Part shown: positions 13,022 through 24,125 of the stretch, in pieces
How the letters are laid out: every line of letters begins with the position of its first letter
Numbering within the stretch: position 1 is the first letter of the stretch
From: Phyllosticta citribraziliensis
Lineage: Eukaryota
NCBI RefSeq assembly: GCF_038025025.1
Contig: NW_027117352.1
Location: forward strand, 310,001 to 374,000
Length of the DNA: 64,000 nt
Reading direction: 5' to 3'
The notes under the pieces: generated by a model
Told to the model about the DNA's origin: nothing
Databases searched by the model: none
Seen by the model: the letters and a program-made list of their open reading frames with translations, nothing else
Position numbers and translations under genes: made by a program

Positions 13022-13637
13022 TTATCGAGTTTCTTCAACCATCGAAGTTCAAAGCGGTGTCTGGAAATGGGTATGTGTACGTAGCTAAAAGTCGACGATG
13101 GATCGTACAGCATGGGACGGCCGAATGATTTGCGGGGAGCACACTTTCCGAGGATCAGGTGCCTGGCAAGGTCTCTCGGAAAGGCAACTATCGGTCTTGA
13201 ATTGAGCTCTAGGATTCGAATTTGCCGAAGGCAGATGGTGCACCGTCTGAGTGGTCGTCTGTGGAACTATGCCAGTAAAGACATCGCACATGTCAACGGA
13301 CACAGGCCAAAGCAGGGAGCGAAAATCAAACCCAGTTTTCCAAGGAGCCTTGCAAATAATCGTTAGTGTGAAGTTCGTTCGTTAGACCTTTAGGGAAGCG
13401 CCGTCTCAACCGTGGAAGCCTCACGTGGTGAAGTCGCAGCGCCGGGCGCGAATGCCCATGCCCGTCCTTCAAAAACCCGGGGATTCCTTCTCCGCGCGGC
13501 GTTCTCGAGTTGCTCCTTTCATCATTCATCCAGTCTGAATTTTTCGAGCTTGTGCGCATTTTCTTCTCTCAATTGCCCGCCTTCGGCTTTAAAAGACGCA
13601 GTTTCCTCCGCTGTTCTTTCCCAACTAATCAGGAAAC

Positions 13638-16600
13638 ATGTCAGCAACACCAAATCCTTTTGGTTTCCCCAATGGAGGAGGAAACTCACACCATCCTCCC
13701 GCCCAACCTCAACAACAAGACGGGGCTTCAGTCCCAAGACCGTCAGAGAATCACCATCACCCAGGCTCTGTTCCCCTTCAACGGGCCGAGTCCAATCCAT
13801 CAGGGGCAACGGCCTTCGACTTGCTCAATCGGAGCAGGCACGGACTTCAGCAATGGGCTGCTGGTCACCATCCAACTGGTGGAGCCAATGGTAGGCAACT
13901 GAGCGGAAACGAGCAGAGCGGACTCCGAGCCGCAAGAAGGCCTGGCGACGACCGAAATGGTCACCATCAAGTCGCCATGGGGCCAAAATCTCCAACAGGT
14001 CTCGAGGACGAACGACGGGACAGCCGCTTCGCGCCTGAACAGCGAGAGTCCAACATTCATCCCGCCCTCAGAAGCGGTCCTGCGCGAGAGCAAAACGGCA
14101 ATCTGGCCGCTGCGCCACCAAGGCCTGAACAGCAGCTGCACCGGGCAAATGGCCTTGCGTACGGGACAGGGCCAGGACTCCACATGCCTCCCGCCTCGAT
14201 CAACCACCTTCTTCCTCAACGACCGGGACCACAGGTGCCTCCCTCTCCAATCCGCCGCCCTCCCTCTCCGGGACCAGGACTTCACGTGCCTCCCTCTCCA
14301 ATGCACCAACATCCTCCTCCACGGCCAGTTTCGCCCCGTCCCGCTCGTGGACCGCCCCAAAGTTTCCCCTCGCAATCCTATGCGTGGGAACAAAATCAGC
14401 AGCAGCAGTTCAGATCCGGGCCGCCAATGCGAGCTCAACCACAGCAGTATTGGCCTGCCCCGCAACCGCAGCCCCTTCGACGACCTCCGGCGCCACCACA
14501 TGTTTGGCCAGCGCATCCAGGGCCGCGATATCCAGGGAGACGGCAATCGGATCCTCCACATGCTCGACCACCACGTCCAGTACTGCCATATGGTGGCCCT
14601 GGATATGGACCCGAACTTGGTGTACCAGAGAACGGACCTCGACCACGTGGTCCCCCTGGATCACATGTGGCTCCACCCAACGGCCCTCCACAAGGTGGTC
14701 CAAGGCCATATGCGAATCCAGGTCCAGGTCCTGTTCCTGTCCTGAGTGGACCAGATCTTGGCATGGAACCAGAGCGAGAACAAAACCCACAGCCGGGACC
14801 AATTTTGAGCCCTCCTGGTTCCCCCATGCCCTCCTCTCCCACCATTCCTGCCCATGCAGCTCCCGTTATGGAGCAAGAGCCTGAGCCTGAACCAAGACCT
14901 GGACCCGGACCCGGACCTGAACCTGAACGCGAACCTAAGCCTGAGCCTGAGCCTGAGCCTGAGACCGAGCCTGTCTCTCGCTCGAGATCTTTAGTGCATC
15001 GTGCATTGTCCGCCTTGGGAAGCAAGATGCGTCACTCTCGCCAAAGTGGCGAGAAGCAACCTGAGAACCGCGCCGCATCTCCGGGGCCTCCTCCGTCTCT
15101 CGAGCAGCCACAGGCTCCTGTGAGGCTTGCCCCAGCGCAGTCGAGGGCGCCCTCTCCGACGCACTCGGGTAGACATCCCCCTTCTCGCGGTGTATCACCT
15201 TACACCGTTCAGCAAGCATTGCATGCCCCTCGGGGAAGGGCGCCGGCCCGTTCCCCTTACCCCGGCCGTGTTCCCTCGCGCTCTCCTTCTCGTTGTGCTT
15301 CTCGTTCTCCTACTGGGGACCAGCGAAGATCGCACCGCTCGTACCGCGAGCGGTCGCCTTCACCTGTGCGGCGAAGGAGACGCTCGCCTACCCCTGAGCC
15401 AAGGAGGTCACGTCGGGAGTCTGACGACAGCGGCTCGCACTATAGCACACCGACTCCAAGACGGGCAAGGTCTCGCGGTCGTGCTCGGGAGCCTTCTTGC
15501 TGTCGGTCACGCAGTCGTCCTCGCGAGCCTTCTTGCTGTCGTTCTCGCAGTCGGTCTCGTGGCCGTTCTCGCGGTCGCAGACCAGCGCGATCACCCCCAC
15601 ATTCTGCGCCGTCTTACTACGTCTCTGCCTTTCGCTCTCGCTCTCGCTCTCGCACTAGGTCTCGGTCTCGGTCAGAAGAAGACCTACACAGACGGAGTAG
15701 GAGAGAAAAGAAGAAGAAAAGGCGGAACGGGTCTTGCGAATCCCCTGAGCCGTCTCGTTCCGAGGACGACGACGACGACGAAGACGATGAGGGCGACGAG
15801 GAAGAGGACGAGCGCGAGACCGGCAGGCACAATAAGGAGACGCAGACGCCCAGGAAGACCGGGCGTGCCAAAAAGTTCTTCGCCTCCGTCGGCCGCAGGC
15901 TGGTCCAGTTGGACCCCGAAGAGGCTGCACGTCACGAGCGCCTGCCGCCACGCAGCGAGTGGGTCACTGCAGACACGATTCTGAGCGACGAGTGGCGGGA
16001 ACGGGAGCGAGCGGTCGAAGACCGCCGCCGACGCCGTCGACGCCGAGAGCGAGGTGAGGACTGCGAGGATGACGGCCACCGCCGTGGTCGATCTCCCAGG
16101 CGGGACGACTCTGAGGAGGACAGGGAGGTCAGCCGGATTCTGCGCGAATCGCGGCACGCGAGGAGTGAGCGAGACGGCGGCTTCCAATATCGCACGCTTG
16201 ATCCGCGGGCATCGGAGCCTGCAGGACAAGTGCCTCATGGGGAGCAGTCGTACCAGTCCACGCACAACCCGCAGGACTGGGCGCAGCAGCAAGAGGAGAC
16301 GGGAAGCCAGTTCCTGCAGGTAAACATCGAGAGGTCTCCAACAGCCGGTTCTCGCAGGGAATCGGCGTGGGCGGCAGACGAAGATGCTCTCGCCCAGGAA
16401 AGAGCTGAGGCGGAGGACGAAGATGAGAACAACTACCAGAATGCAGTGAACACGCCCGGCACCGGGCCAGATCGCGACTATGGTCAGCGGCCCTCGATCG
16501 GCCGACGCATCTCGCGAATGGGCGGCGATATCAAGTCGTTTGTGCGTCGGCGCACGTCGCAACTGCGCGGCGGCGGCGATGGCGATGGCAACGGAGAGCA

Positions 16601-17392
16601 GCAGCGGCCGAACCGGCCTCGTCGGTATGGGTACGTCGAGATGAAAGAGAGACCGCCAATGGTAACATGGACATCAGATACACGCCCGCCGTACGAAAGG
16701 CCGCCGCAGCAGCACCCCCGCCATCGCCGACGACCTTGTCAGGACGCTCCATGAGCTGCGGCTTCATGGGTCCCAACATACGCAGGTTGCGCCAGACCAT
16801 CGCGCGCAAGATCGAGCCGCCGCCACTGCGCCGTGCTGCTTCGACGCCTCTCCCCGTCCTCCAGTTCACCAACCTCACACCTTGGGGGCGCAGGGAGAAA
16901 TGGGACGTCCTGCGCGCTGGCGCCAGGTGCCTCGATAGAATGGAGAGGCAGACGCTGGCCGAAGCCATGGCGACGGGGTATCCGTTGTCCATTTTCAACT
17001 GCTTGAGGCAGCCGCCTGAGCCATGGGAGCCGCCCAAAGCGCGACGCGAATCGTCGGAGAAGGATGATCGAGACTGGCTACCGGACTGGGCGGCGGCACC
17101 ACAGACGGCCCCGACGCACCACCACAGCAAGAAGCATTCGTCCCACGGGGCTCACAGGGCGCACAAGGACACGCGGTCGAAGAAGGAATCTCATCGCGAC
17201 CGCAAACCATCGCCGTCGGCGAAGAAATCGCCGGAGAAGAAGTCGCGCCGCGGGCGCAAGCAATCGCCGCCGCCAATAAAAGAGCCCACTTCCAAAGGCA
17301 TCTTTTCCAGATGGTTCTCGGGCGCCGACAGCAGCAGCAGCAAGGCTGCGGCCAAGCCGCCAAAGGCGTCGAAGCAAAAAACCAAGTCCTGA
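13638..17392 (+). CDS. Hypothetical ~1235-aa intrinsically disordered Pro-rich / RS-rich protein, 2 exons
   Basis: The 1038-aa ORF and the 241-aa ORF are joined in frame by a 47-nt intron at 16631-16677 (GTACGT..GTAAC..CAG). It contains PEPE tracts, RSRSR tracts and internal repeats. Confidence 0.7.
15483..15554 (+). repeat. 36-nt tandem duplication encoding REPSCCRSRSR twice
   Basis: gagccttcttgctgtcg occurs twice, 36 nt apart, within the long orphan ORF. Confidence 0.85.
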
Positions 17393-18888
17393 GTACGCAG
17401 CTGGGGACCCGTAGAAGTCTGTCTTGCGTGAAGGAGCAAAGCGGCAGAGCAAAGCCGCCTCCTGCGATGGAGAGCGGTGGTCCAGAATCCGATGAAAGCG
17501 GCGCTGCGCAAGAGGCGATGGAAAATATGCCGGAAGTCGAGTACAGCCGTCAGAGCACGAGGGTGCTAGAGAAGTAGTAGTTGGTAATAGCAGCGGAAAA
17601 ACGAATCAGCAACGCGCCTGCGAAGGTCAAGCGATTCGTCGCGCATCCGGCAAGCCTCATCTGCAGGTTCGTGTCAGCAAAACATCAAGTCGATCCCTCC
17701 ACCAGCTAACGCAACAAAGACGGCCGCAGAAGTCACGTCACGCACGAGACACGCCGAGAGCCGAGACAGAACAGAATGCACATCCAACCAGACGGAAGAG
17801 TTTGTAGAGGGAAAAATTTTGTCATTGAGAAGGGCGCGGGCTACAGAGAGTTGCGTTCAAGAGCCGTCAGCCAAGCACATCCCAAACGTGCCTCTAATAT
17901 TTTTTGGGGGCTTTTTCTTTTCTTTGTAAAGATGATTTTTAATCTTGACTTTTTTTGTTCTTCTTTCTACCGGGCCAAGTCGACCCAGTTCACCTGCTCG
18001 CCGGCCAAAATGAGACAGACTCCACTGGAGAGATGGTGTCGTCTGGGACAGCAGCAGCGGGCTGGAGTCGTCGAGCGCCCAGATTGATCAAGTCCAGCAA
18101 TTGCTTGATGGCGATCAACAGTTGAGATGCGAGCCTATCGAGGGTACCGCTCGAAATGGTGGTGTCGAGGTTAGATTTTTTTTGATCCCAATCAAGGATT
18201 TGTCGTTTGAGATTTGTGTGCCGAGCGCGAGTTGTAAATTTATGCCTCTTAGGGGTGTTTGTGGGGTTGTGCGTGCAGAGGGGAGATGTTGCTGTGCCGA
18301 GGCGGACACAGGACATGTCCAAGTTCGTTGAAGGGTGAGACGACCGATGAAGGTACCGCGCCAGGAGTACGCCGCCGTCGCCGCCGCCGCTGTCGATGTA
18401 CCAACCCATGATCGTCTAATCAAGGAAAGGGAACTTTTTGGAGTGAGCGCCACCGATCCTGAAAGAGTCGAGGGACGAAAGAGTAAAAGCCACGTGGATA
18501 TCGAGCGAAGAGAAGGTCGACTCAAAACCGCGACGGAGCGCCCGCAAGCCGGCGCAAGGTAAAGGGTGAGAAAGTAATCCCGGAAAAGAAGGAAATCCCC
18601 AATCGCCTAGTATACAAATGCGACAACCGCGATGTCGTAACTCGTTCATGCGCCAGCATGGACGCCCAGACAGGAAAAAGAAAGGTCATGGACCCGTGTT
18701 CAGCCGTCCGGAATCGTGGTCATCGCGCAGCATGAGCTATGTGCAAAAAAGGCCTTCGCTTCAAAAAGCATCGCTTCAAAAAGCCCAAGACCGCCGGATG
18801 AGAAAAAGCCAGAGAGAGGTGCCGTCGAAAACTTGCTCTTGCGAGCATAACCATTTTTCCGTCCATGAGCATTGCATCAGAGAGTTGC

Positions 18889-20468
18889 TCATGCCTGGGC
18901 CGGTCTGGGTGCCCGAGGTTGACCAGCGAAGCCATTTTGTTGGCGGTTCTGATGAACCGGAGGACCCCGGCGCTGCTGCCCTTGGAAACCAGGTCCACGA
19001 GCATTGCCCCGGAAACCCCCACGAGCGTTTTGCGGCCCGTTGCGCAGAATAGCGGCATTAGGGTCCTGCTCTTGATTTTGACCTTGGTGGGCCTGAGGAG
19101 GACCCTGCCTGGCCGGCGGCGCATTGGAGATCGGACGCGGGATCGTGTCGGGGGTTTCGTAGACATACAACTTCTTCTCAATGGTTTGGGGAATCGGCTG
19201 GATTTCGGTGCCGAGTTCCTGCTCGATCTTGTAGAGATTGAAGCGGTCGTCCCAGTTGATCAGGTTGATAGCCAAACCCAAGTGGCCAAAACGACCGGAA
19301 CGACCAATGCGGTGGAGATAAGTCTCGGCGTTTTTGGGAAAGTCAAAGTTGATGACAACGTTGACGGCCTGGATGTCGATACCACGGGTGAGAAGGTCGG
19401 AGCAAACCAGGTTGCGGCAGACGCCGTTCCTGAAGTCATGGAAAACGCGATTGCGAGCGTGCTGGAGCATTTTGGCGTGAGAGTAGAAGCACGAGTAGCC
19501 GAGCTCGGTGATCTTCTTGGCAAGGAGCTCTACGCGGTTGGTGGAGTTACAGAAGATGATGGACTGGTTGATCTGGAGCTTGTTGAAAAGAGTGTTCAGG
19601 CAGTGGACCTTTTGCTTTTCTTCGACAAAGGCATAGTACTGGGTGATTCCGCGCAGAGTGAGTTCGTCCATCAAGTTGATTTCGTAAGGCGAGTTCATGT
19701 GTTTGTCCTGGCCAAATTAGTCTCGTGGTCAAACAGAGCATGCGTGAAGCTTACCTTGAAGCTCTTGACGACGATGGGGAAGGTCGCGCTGAAGAGCATG
19801 ACCTGGCGGTCCTTGGGGTGGAATGCGAGAAGCTGTTCGATGACGGGGGTAAATTCCGGGGAGAGGAGCTTGTCAGCCTCGTCCATGACGAAGATGGGAC
19901 AAGCTGAGAGGTCGGCGACGCCCTTGCTGGCCAAATCCAATATCCTGCCAGGGGTACCAACAATGATGTGGACCGTCTCGCTCAAGCGAATGATGTCGTC
20001 CTTCAAGCCAGTGCCACCAGTGGTGACCATGACATTGATGCCAAGGTGCTTGCCTAGCATTTTGCACACCTGCGATGTCTGGAGAGCGAGTTCTCTCGTG
20101 GGGACCAGGATTAGAGCTTGCGTCTTGTTGCTCTTGGGGTTGATGCGCTCTAGGGTGGGAATCACAAAAGCTGCCGTCTTGCCGGTGCCGTTCTTTGCGC
20201 GCGCGAGGATATCACGACCCGTCAAAGCGACAGGGATGGTTTCTTCTTGGATGGGCGAAGGCTTCTCGAAGCCCGCCTCGAAAATACCCATCATCAGCTC
20301 CCGCTTGATGTAAAAGTCTTCAAACTCCAATCCCTTTGTTGCCGTAACATCCTCCGTCTGTACTCTGGTGTCCTTTGGCGGAGCATTGACGTTGTTCTTC
20401 CAGTCGGCGCCTGCCGAGGATTCGTTCAGGCTCGCTGCCGCGAGCTGGTTGGTAATGTCCGCCGCCAT
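18889..20468 (-). CDS. DHH1: DEAD-box RNA helicase Dhh1/DDX6, 2 exons
   Basis: [32 protein letters not shown] and [10 protein letters not shown] motifs. Intron 19708-19754. Confidence 0.98.
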
Positions 20469-21147
20469 TGGGGGTCTCTTTTGGATCGATGTGAGGTGGT
20501 AAAGAAAGGCGCTACAGATTTAGCGCCTGCAGAGTTGAAAATCGTATGAGAGAGGGTGGTTGATTTTGGGACGCTCGGGTGAGGTTGCCTCTGAGTGGTG
20601 TGTGTGGGGTTGGTCGCAGATTTGAGCGGAGGCAAATTCGACGTGCAGCAGAGAGAGAGTAGTTGGTCCAGGGTGGCGGTCGCGAGTAGAGGACGACGGG
20701 CTCTTGTGGTGCAGTAGTTTGTGATGCCTGGCAACTGAGGTGGAGGAGGCTTGAGGTGGACGAGGTCAAGGTCGGTCACTGGTGGCGGGCAAATCGACCT
20801 AGTGGAGGTGACTGGGTGCTAGTGGAGCAGGTTCGGCCAGTGAGTGGCAGAGTCAGAATGTAGAGAGAGAAAGAGTCAGTGGTGAGGGCGTGAAGAGGTT
20901 GATGATGTGTGGTGGGGGGTTGCGGAGAGAAGAGGGACGAAGGTTGAAGCTGACGGGACCTGAGGGACCCTCCGAGTGCGTGACCGTGGCTGCCCGGATC
21001 CGCCAACCACACCCGCGCTTGCCGAGAAAACGCCGGAGCCACCAACCACGCCAACCGAACCGAATCCACCCAACTTCAGACCTCAGGCCAACCAAGACGC
21101 CGACATCATCAACTGCACAGCTACTCGCTGCTTTCAATCCACCCGCC

Positions 21148-21954
21148 ATGACCTCCATGTTTCTTCGCTCTGGCCTCGGCCGCCAGATGGTGCGAGCCAA
21201 ACTCCCTCTCAAGCCATTGCTCCGTCCAGCGCGTCGCTTCCAGCACAACGGCCCCGACATGGAAGACTACCTTCTCCCCGGCCAGAAATCCGCCCAAAAC
21301 ATACTCAAAGGCTTCATTGCTGCCAATGCTGTTATGTTTCTTGCATGGCAGTTTTCAACCACACACACCAAGGGAGAATCGCCAGACCTCCTCAAGACCA
21401 AAAACAACATGACGCGCGAACTGAACGACAAGTTCGTATTTCGCAGCGGTGACATTGCCCATGGGAAATACTACGGCGTCCTACTTTCCCACTTCTCGCA
21501 CGTGTCAATCATGCATTTCGGCTTCAACATGATGGCCTTTTGGTCTCTTGGCAACGGCATCATCATGTCCCTGCCTCTCATGACGGGCCCCAAGTTCCTC
21601 ACATTGTGCTTGGGCAGTGCGCTGGGAAGCAGCGTCGCGACATACGCGAACAAACAGAGCCGCGGCATCTCCAACGGTAGTCTGGGCGCAAGTGGTCTGG
21701 TTTCGGGCATCGCTGCCGCCATCGCCCTGAGAGCGCCTTTCGCCAAGATGCAGTTCATGTTCATCCCAGTCGGAATTCCTGCTTGGGTCTTGACGGGCGG
21801 GTTCTTTGCTTACTCTGCGTACTCTGTTGCAGCCTACGACCCTCGGAATCCCCCTCTTCTTGATCACGCAGGTCACTTGGGAGGCGCGGTTTTTGGAGCT
21901 CTGTACTACATCATGTCCCTGAGGCGTGGGCGCACTCCGGGGGTGTGGAGGTAA
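21148..21954 (+). CDS. Rhomboid intramembrane serine protease (mitochondrial PARL/Pcp1-like)
   Basis: Arg-rich presequence-like N-terminus, FSH....HFGFNM, catalytic LGASG and DHAGHLGG. Confidence 0.9.
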   Translation: MTSMFLRSGLGRQMVRAKLPLKPLLRPARRFQHNGPDMEDYLLPGQKSAQNILKGFIAANAVMFLAWQFSTTHTKGESPDLLKTKNNMTRELNDKFVFRSGDIAHGKYYGVLLSHFSHVSIMHFGFNMMAFWSLGNGIIMSLPLMTGPKFLTLCLGSALGSSVATYANKQSRGISNGSLGASGLVSGIAAAIALRAPFAKMQFMFIPVGIPAWVLTGGFFAYSAYSVAAYDPRNPPLLDHAGHLGGAVFGALYYIMSLRRGRTPGVWR

Positions 21955-22212
21955 ACAACCATGGCTCGTGTCGAATTACGCCAGCGCCTCGATTATCATG
22001 ATTATCCAGCGGGTTAGGTTTTGCAAGGCGGAGGATAGATACCCACAATAAAAGTCAAGTCTGATTCCGAATACTCTATGAGTTTCGCCACTACCCCCCA
22101 TGTCATTTCTCCTGCAACTTTTCAGATCTTCAGTTTTTGAATCCACTCTTGGTTTTCCGATCCACCAAGCGCCTCAATCGCCGTTTCGGAGTCCCAAGCA
22201 ACCATCAGCGCT

Positions 22213-23535
22213 CTAGCCTACGTCTTCAATCAGGGTCCGCAAGGTGCCCGACTCGGCCAGCATCCTCAACCAGGTCTGCACAAAAGGACCATAGTCGTAG
22301 CGCCTGCTCTCGGCCTTTTCCCTGTCAGCCGCAGCAACTTGCTCCTCGTCACGCAGCGCAGCCCTCAAGCCGGCCTGCTCCGTCACAAGCTTCTGTCTCG
22401 CATCAATCAACGTGGTCGGGTCATCGTCTGCCTTGACCCTTTTCTCGAAGGATGGCGGAATTGTAGCAATGCGGATGTCATGGGCGCCAATCGAATAGTC
22501 GGAGGACGGACCCACGATCAGATTCTCCTCGGAGCTGTCGCCGGCCATGGCAAACTCCCTCCACGTCGGCTTGATCTGGGTCAGCCGCTCCTCGCACATC
22601 TGGATGCTCTTGATGTTTTGCACCAGTTGCTGCTTCAGTTCAATGCGTGGGTCCTTGACCAGGCTGAGCAGGCCGAATTCAATATCGCCCTCTTCGTACT
22701 GCGCCATGCGCGCCTGGAGATTGGGCGCCAAGGACTGAAGCCAGTCTTCGTCATCTTCGAGGTCGTGCAGCTTTTGCGGCTGACGGTCCAAGCCGTCCAG
22801 CTTCCAGACCGAGCCGGCAATGGGCAGGAAGGCGATGAAGTGGAAGGCGGCATCGTCGCTGCTGCTTGCGTTCTTGGCGGCCTTGGTCTTGGCTTTGACG
22901 GCTTTGGCGTCGTCTTGCATCTTGAGGTCGATGTTCATCATGTCAATCTTGCGGGCAAACGAGTTGTGCACGTTCTTAACAAAGTCGTAGTTTTGGATCT
23001 GGTCGCCCCGCAGGGCGGGAGTGAAGTCGCGGGTGAAGGACTTGAAGCTGCTCAGGTTGGGGCCCAGGTCAGCGTCGGGGATGTTCATGACGATGTTTAG
23101 GAGTGCCACGGTGGCGCAGGCGTTGCCCGTCGTTTGGTTGGCGAACCACACATGCTCGGGGCAGATGGCGTCGGTCTCGAGAAAGTCGTCCTCCTTGTAG
23201 CGGAAGAGGAATATCAAGCCGTAGACGGGCTTGGGGAGCATGCACAGCAGCGCCTCGTCTAGGCCAAAGACCTCGTGGACTTTGACTCCGGTTACGCCAA
23301 AGTCCTGGAGAATAGTGTTGAAGAAGGCCTGGCAGGTTAGCTTGGTAACTGATGCGAAGTGAAGGCGACGAACCGGATCATTCTCAATCTCACAGAAACC
23401 CTGCCACTTGAGACGGTCTTCGCGAGTTGTGGGCACGGAAGCGTCGGTAGGAAATACTCTCTCTTCTGGCGGCGGCAAGCCATTGGACATCTCATTCGAC
23501 TTGACCTTTCTCCTCTTGGAGGCACGGGTAGCCAT
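22213..23535 (-). CDS. Ubiquitin C-terminal hydrolase, peptidase C12 (UCH37/BAP1-like with ULD tail)
   Basis: Q...NACATVALL (Cys), FHFIAF (His), LDGL (Asp) and a C-terminal RRYDYGPFV. Probable in-frame intron at about 23329-23373. Confidence 0.93.
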   Translation of the reverse strand: MATRASKRRKVKSNEMSNGLPPPEERVFPTDASVPTTREDRLKWQGFCEIENDPVRRLHFASVTKLTCQAFFNTILQDFGVTGVKVHEVFGLDEALLCMLPKPVYGLIFLFRYKEDDFLETDAICPEHVWFANQTTGNACATVALLNIVMNIPDADLGPNLSSFKSFTRDFTPALRGDQIQNYDFVKNVHNSFARKIDMMNIDLKMQDDAKAVKAKTKAAKNASSSDDAAFHFIAFLPIAGSVWKLDGLDRQPQKLHDLEDDEDWLQSLAPNLQARMAQYEEGDIEFGLLSLVKDPRIELKQQLVQNIKSIQMCEERLTQIKPTWREFAMAGDSSEENLIVGPSSDYSIGAHDIRIATIPPSFEKRVKADDDPTTLIDARQKLVTEQAGLRAALRDEEQVAAADREKAESRRYDYGPFVQTWLRMLAESGTLRTLIEDVG

Positions 23536-24125
23536 GGTGAACAGACGCCTGGAGGAAGGTGTCGGTGAAGAAGAGTGGTGTTTGGTTTACAACAGGAGAG
23601 TACAGGACCTTGACTACAGGGCCCAAAGGCGGTCAAACTTCGGCAGAAAGCGAATCGAGTTGTAGCTTGGGGAAGGAGGACATGTAGACGTTATCATGAT
23701 GGGTTTTGGCAGAAACATGAATGCTTTTGGTCAGACATGAGGGTGACGCAACGAAATGGTCCAGGCAGTGGTGACGGCGGCGATTTCGTGGCTCGACCAT
23801 GCAAACGAGTTGGTCCAATGCCAGCGACAATAGATATTTCCTGTCTTCTGGAGACTTTCAGTCGGCTCCTGGGTGTTGTGGCATCGTCGTGCCACGGTCC
23901 GTGGCGTTGAAAGCGGCAGCCCGAAGGGTCCCGCGCGTCGCGAGCTTGGACAAACACCCGGACGCGAACTTTTCGGAGCTGCACCTCTCCACCAACAACA
24001 AAGCTACAGCCACAACCCCTCCACCGCCATCCACCGCCCTCCACCACCTCTACTCGCCCTGGGAAGCTTCCCGCTCCTTTGAATGCTCCTGGCCACCCCG
24101 CTTCGCCCCCCGAAATCGGCATGAG

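Noticed and set aside
16667..16754. ATGA stop/start overlap suggesting translational coupling or a -1 frameshift between the 1038-aa and 241-aa ORFs
   Set aside because: A 47-nt GTACGT..CAG intron (16631-16677) joins them in frame more simply, and I saw no slippery heptamer.
18865..20313. 482-aa antisense ORF over DHH1
   Set aside because: It is a shadow of codon bias on a conserved gene, with no independent protein features.
20890..21147. GTG-initiated N-terminal extension of the rhomboid ORF
   Set aside because: It overlaps the divergent promoter region. The ATG at 21148 has good context and begins a presequence-like segment.
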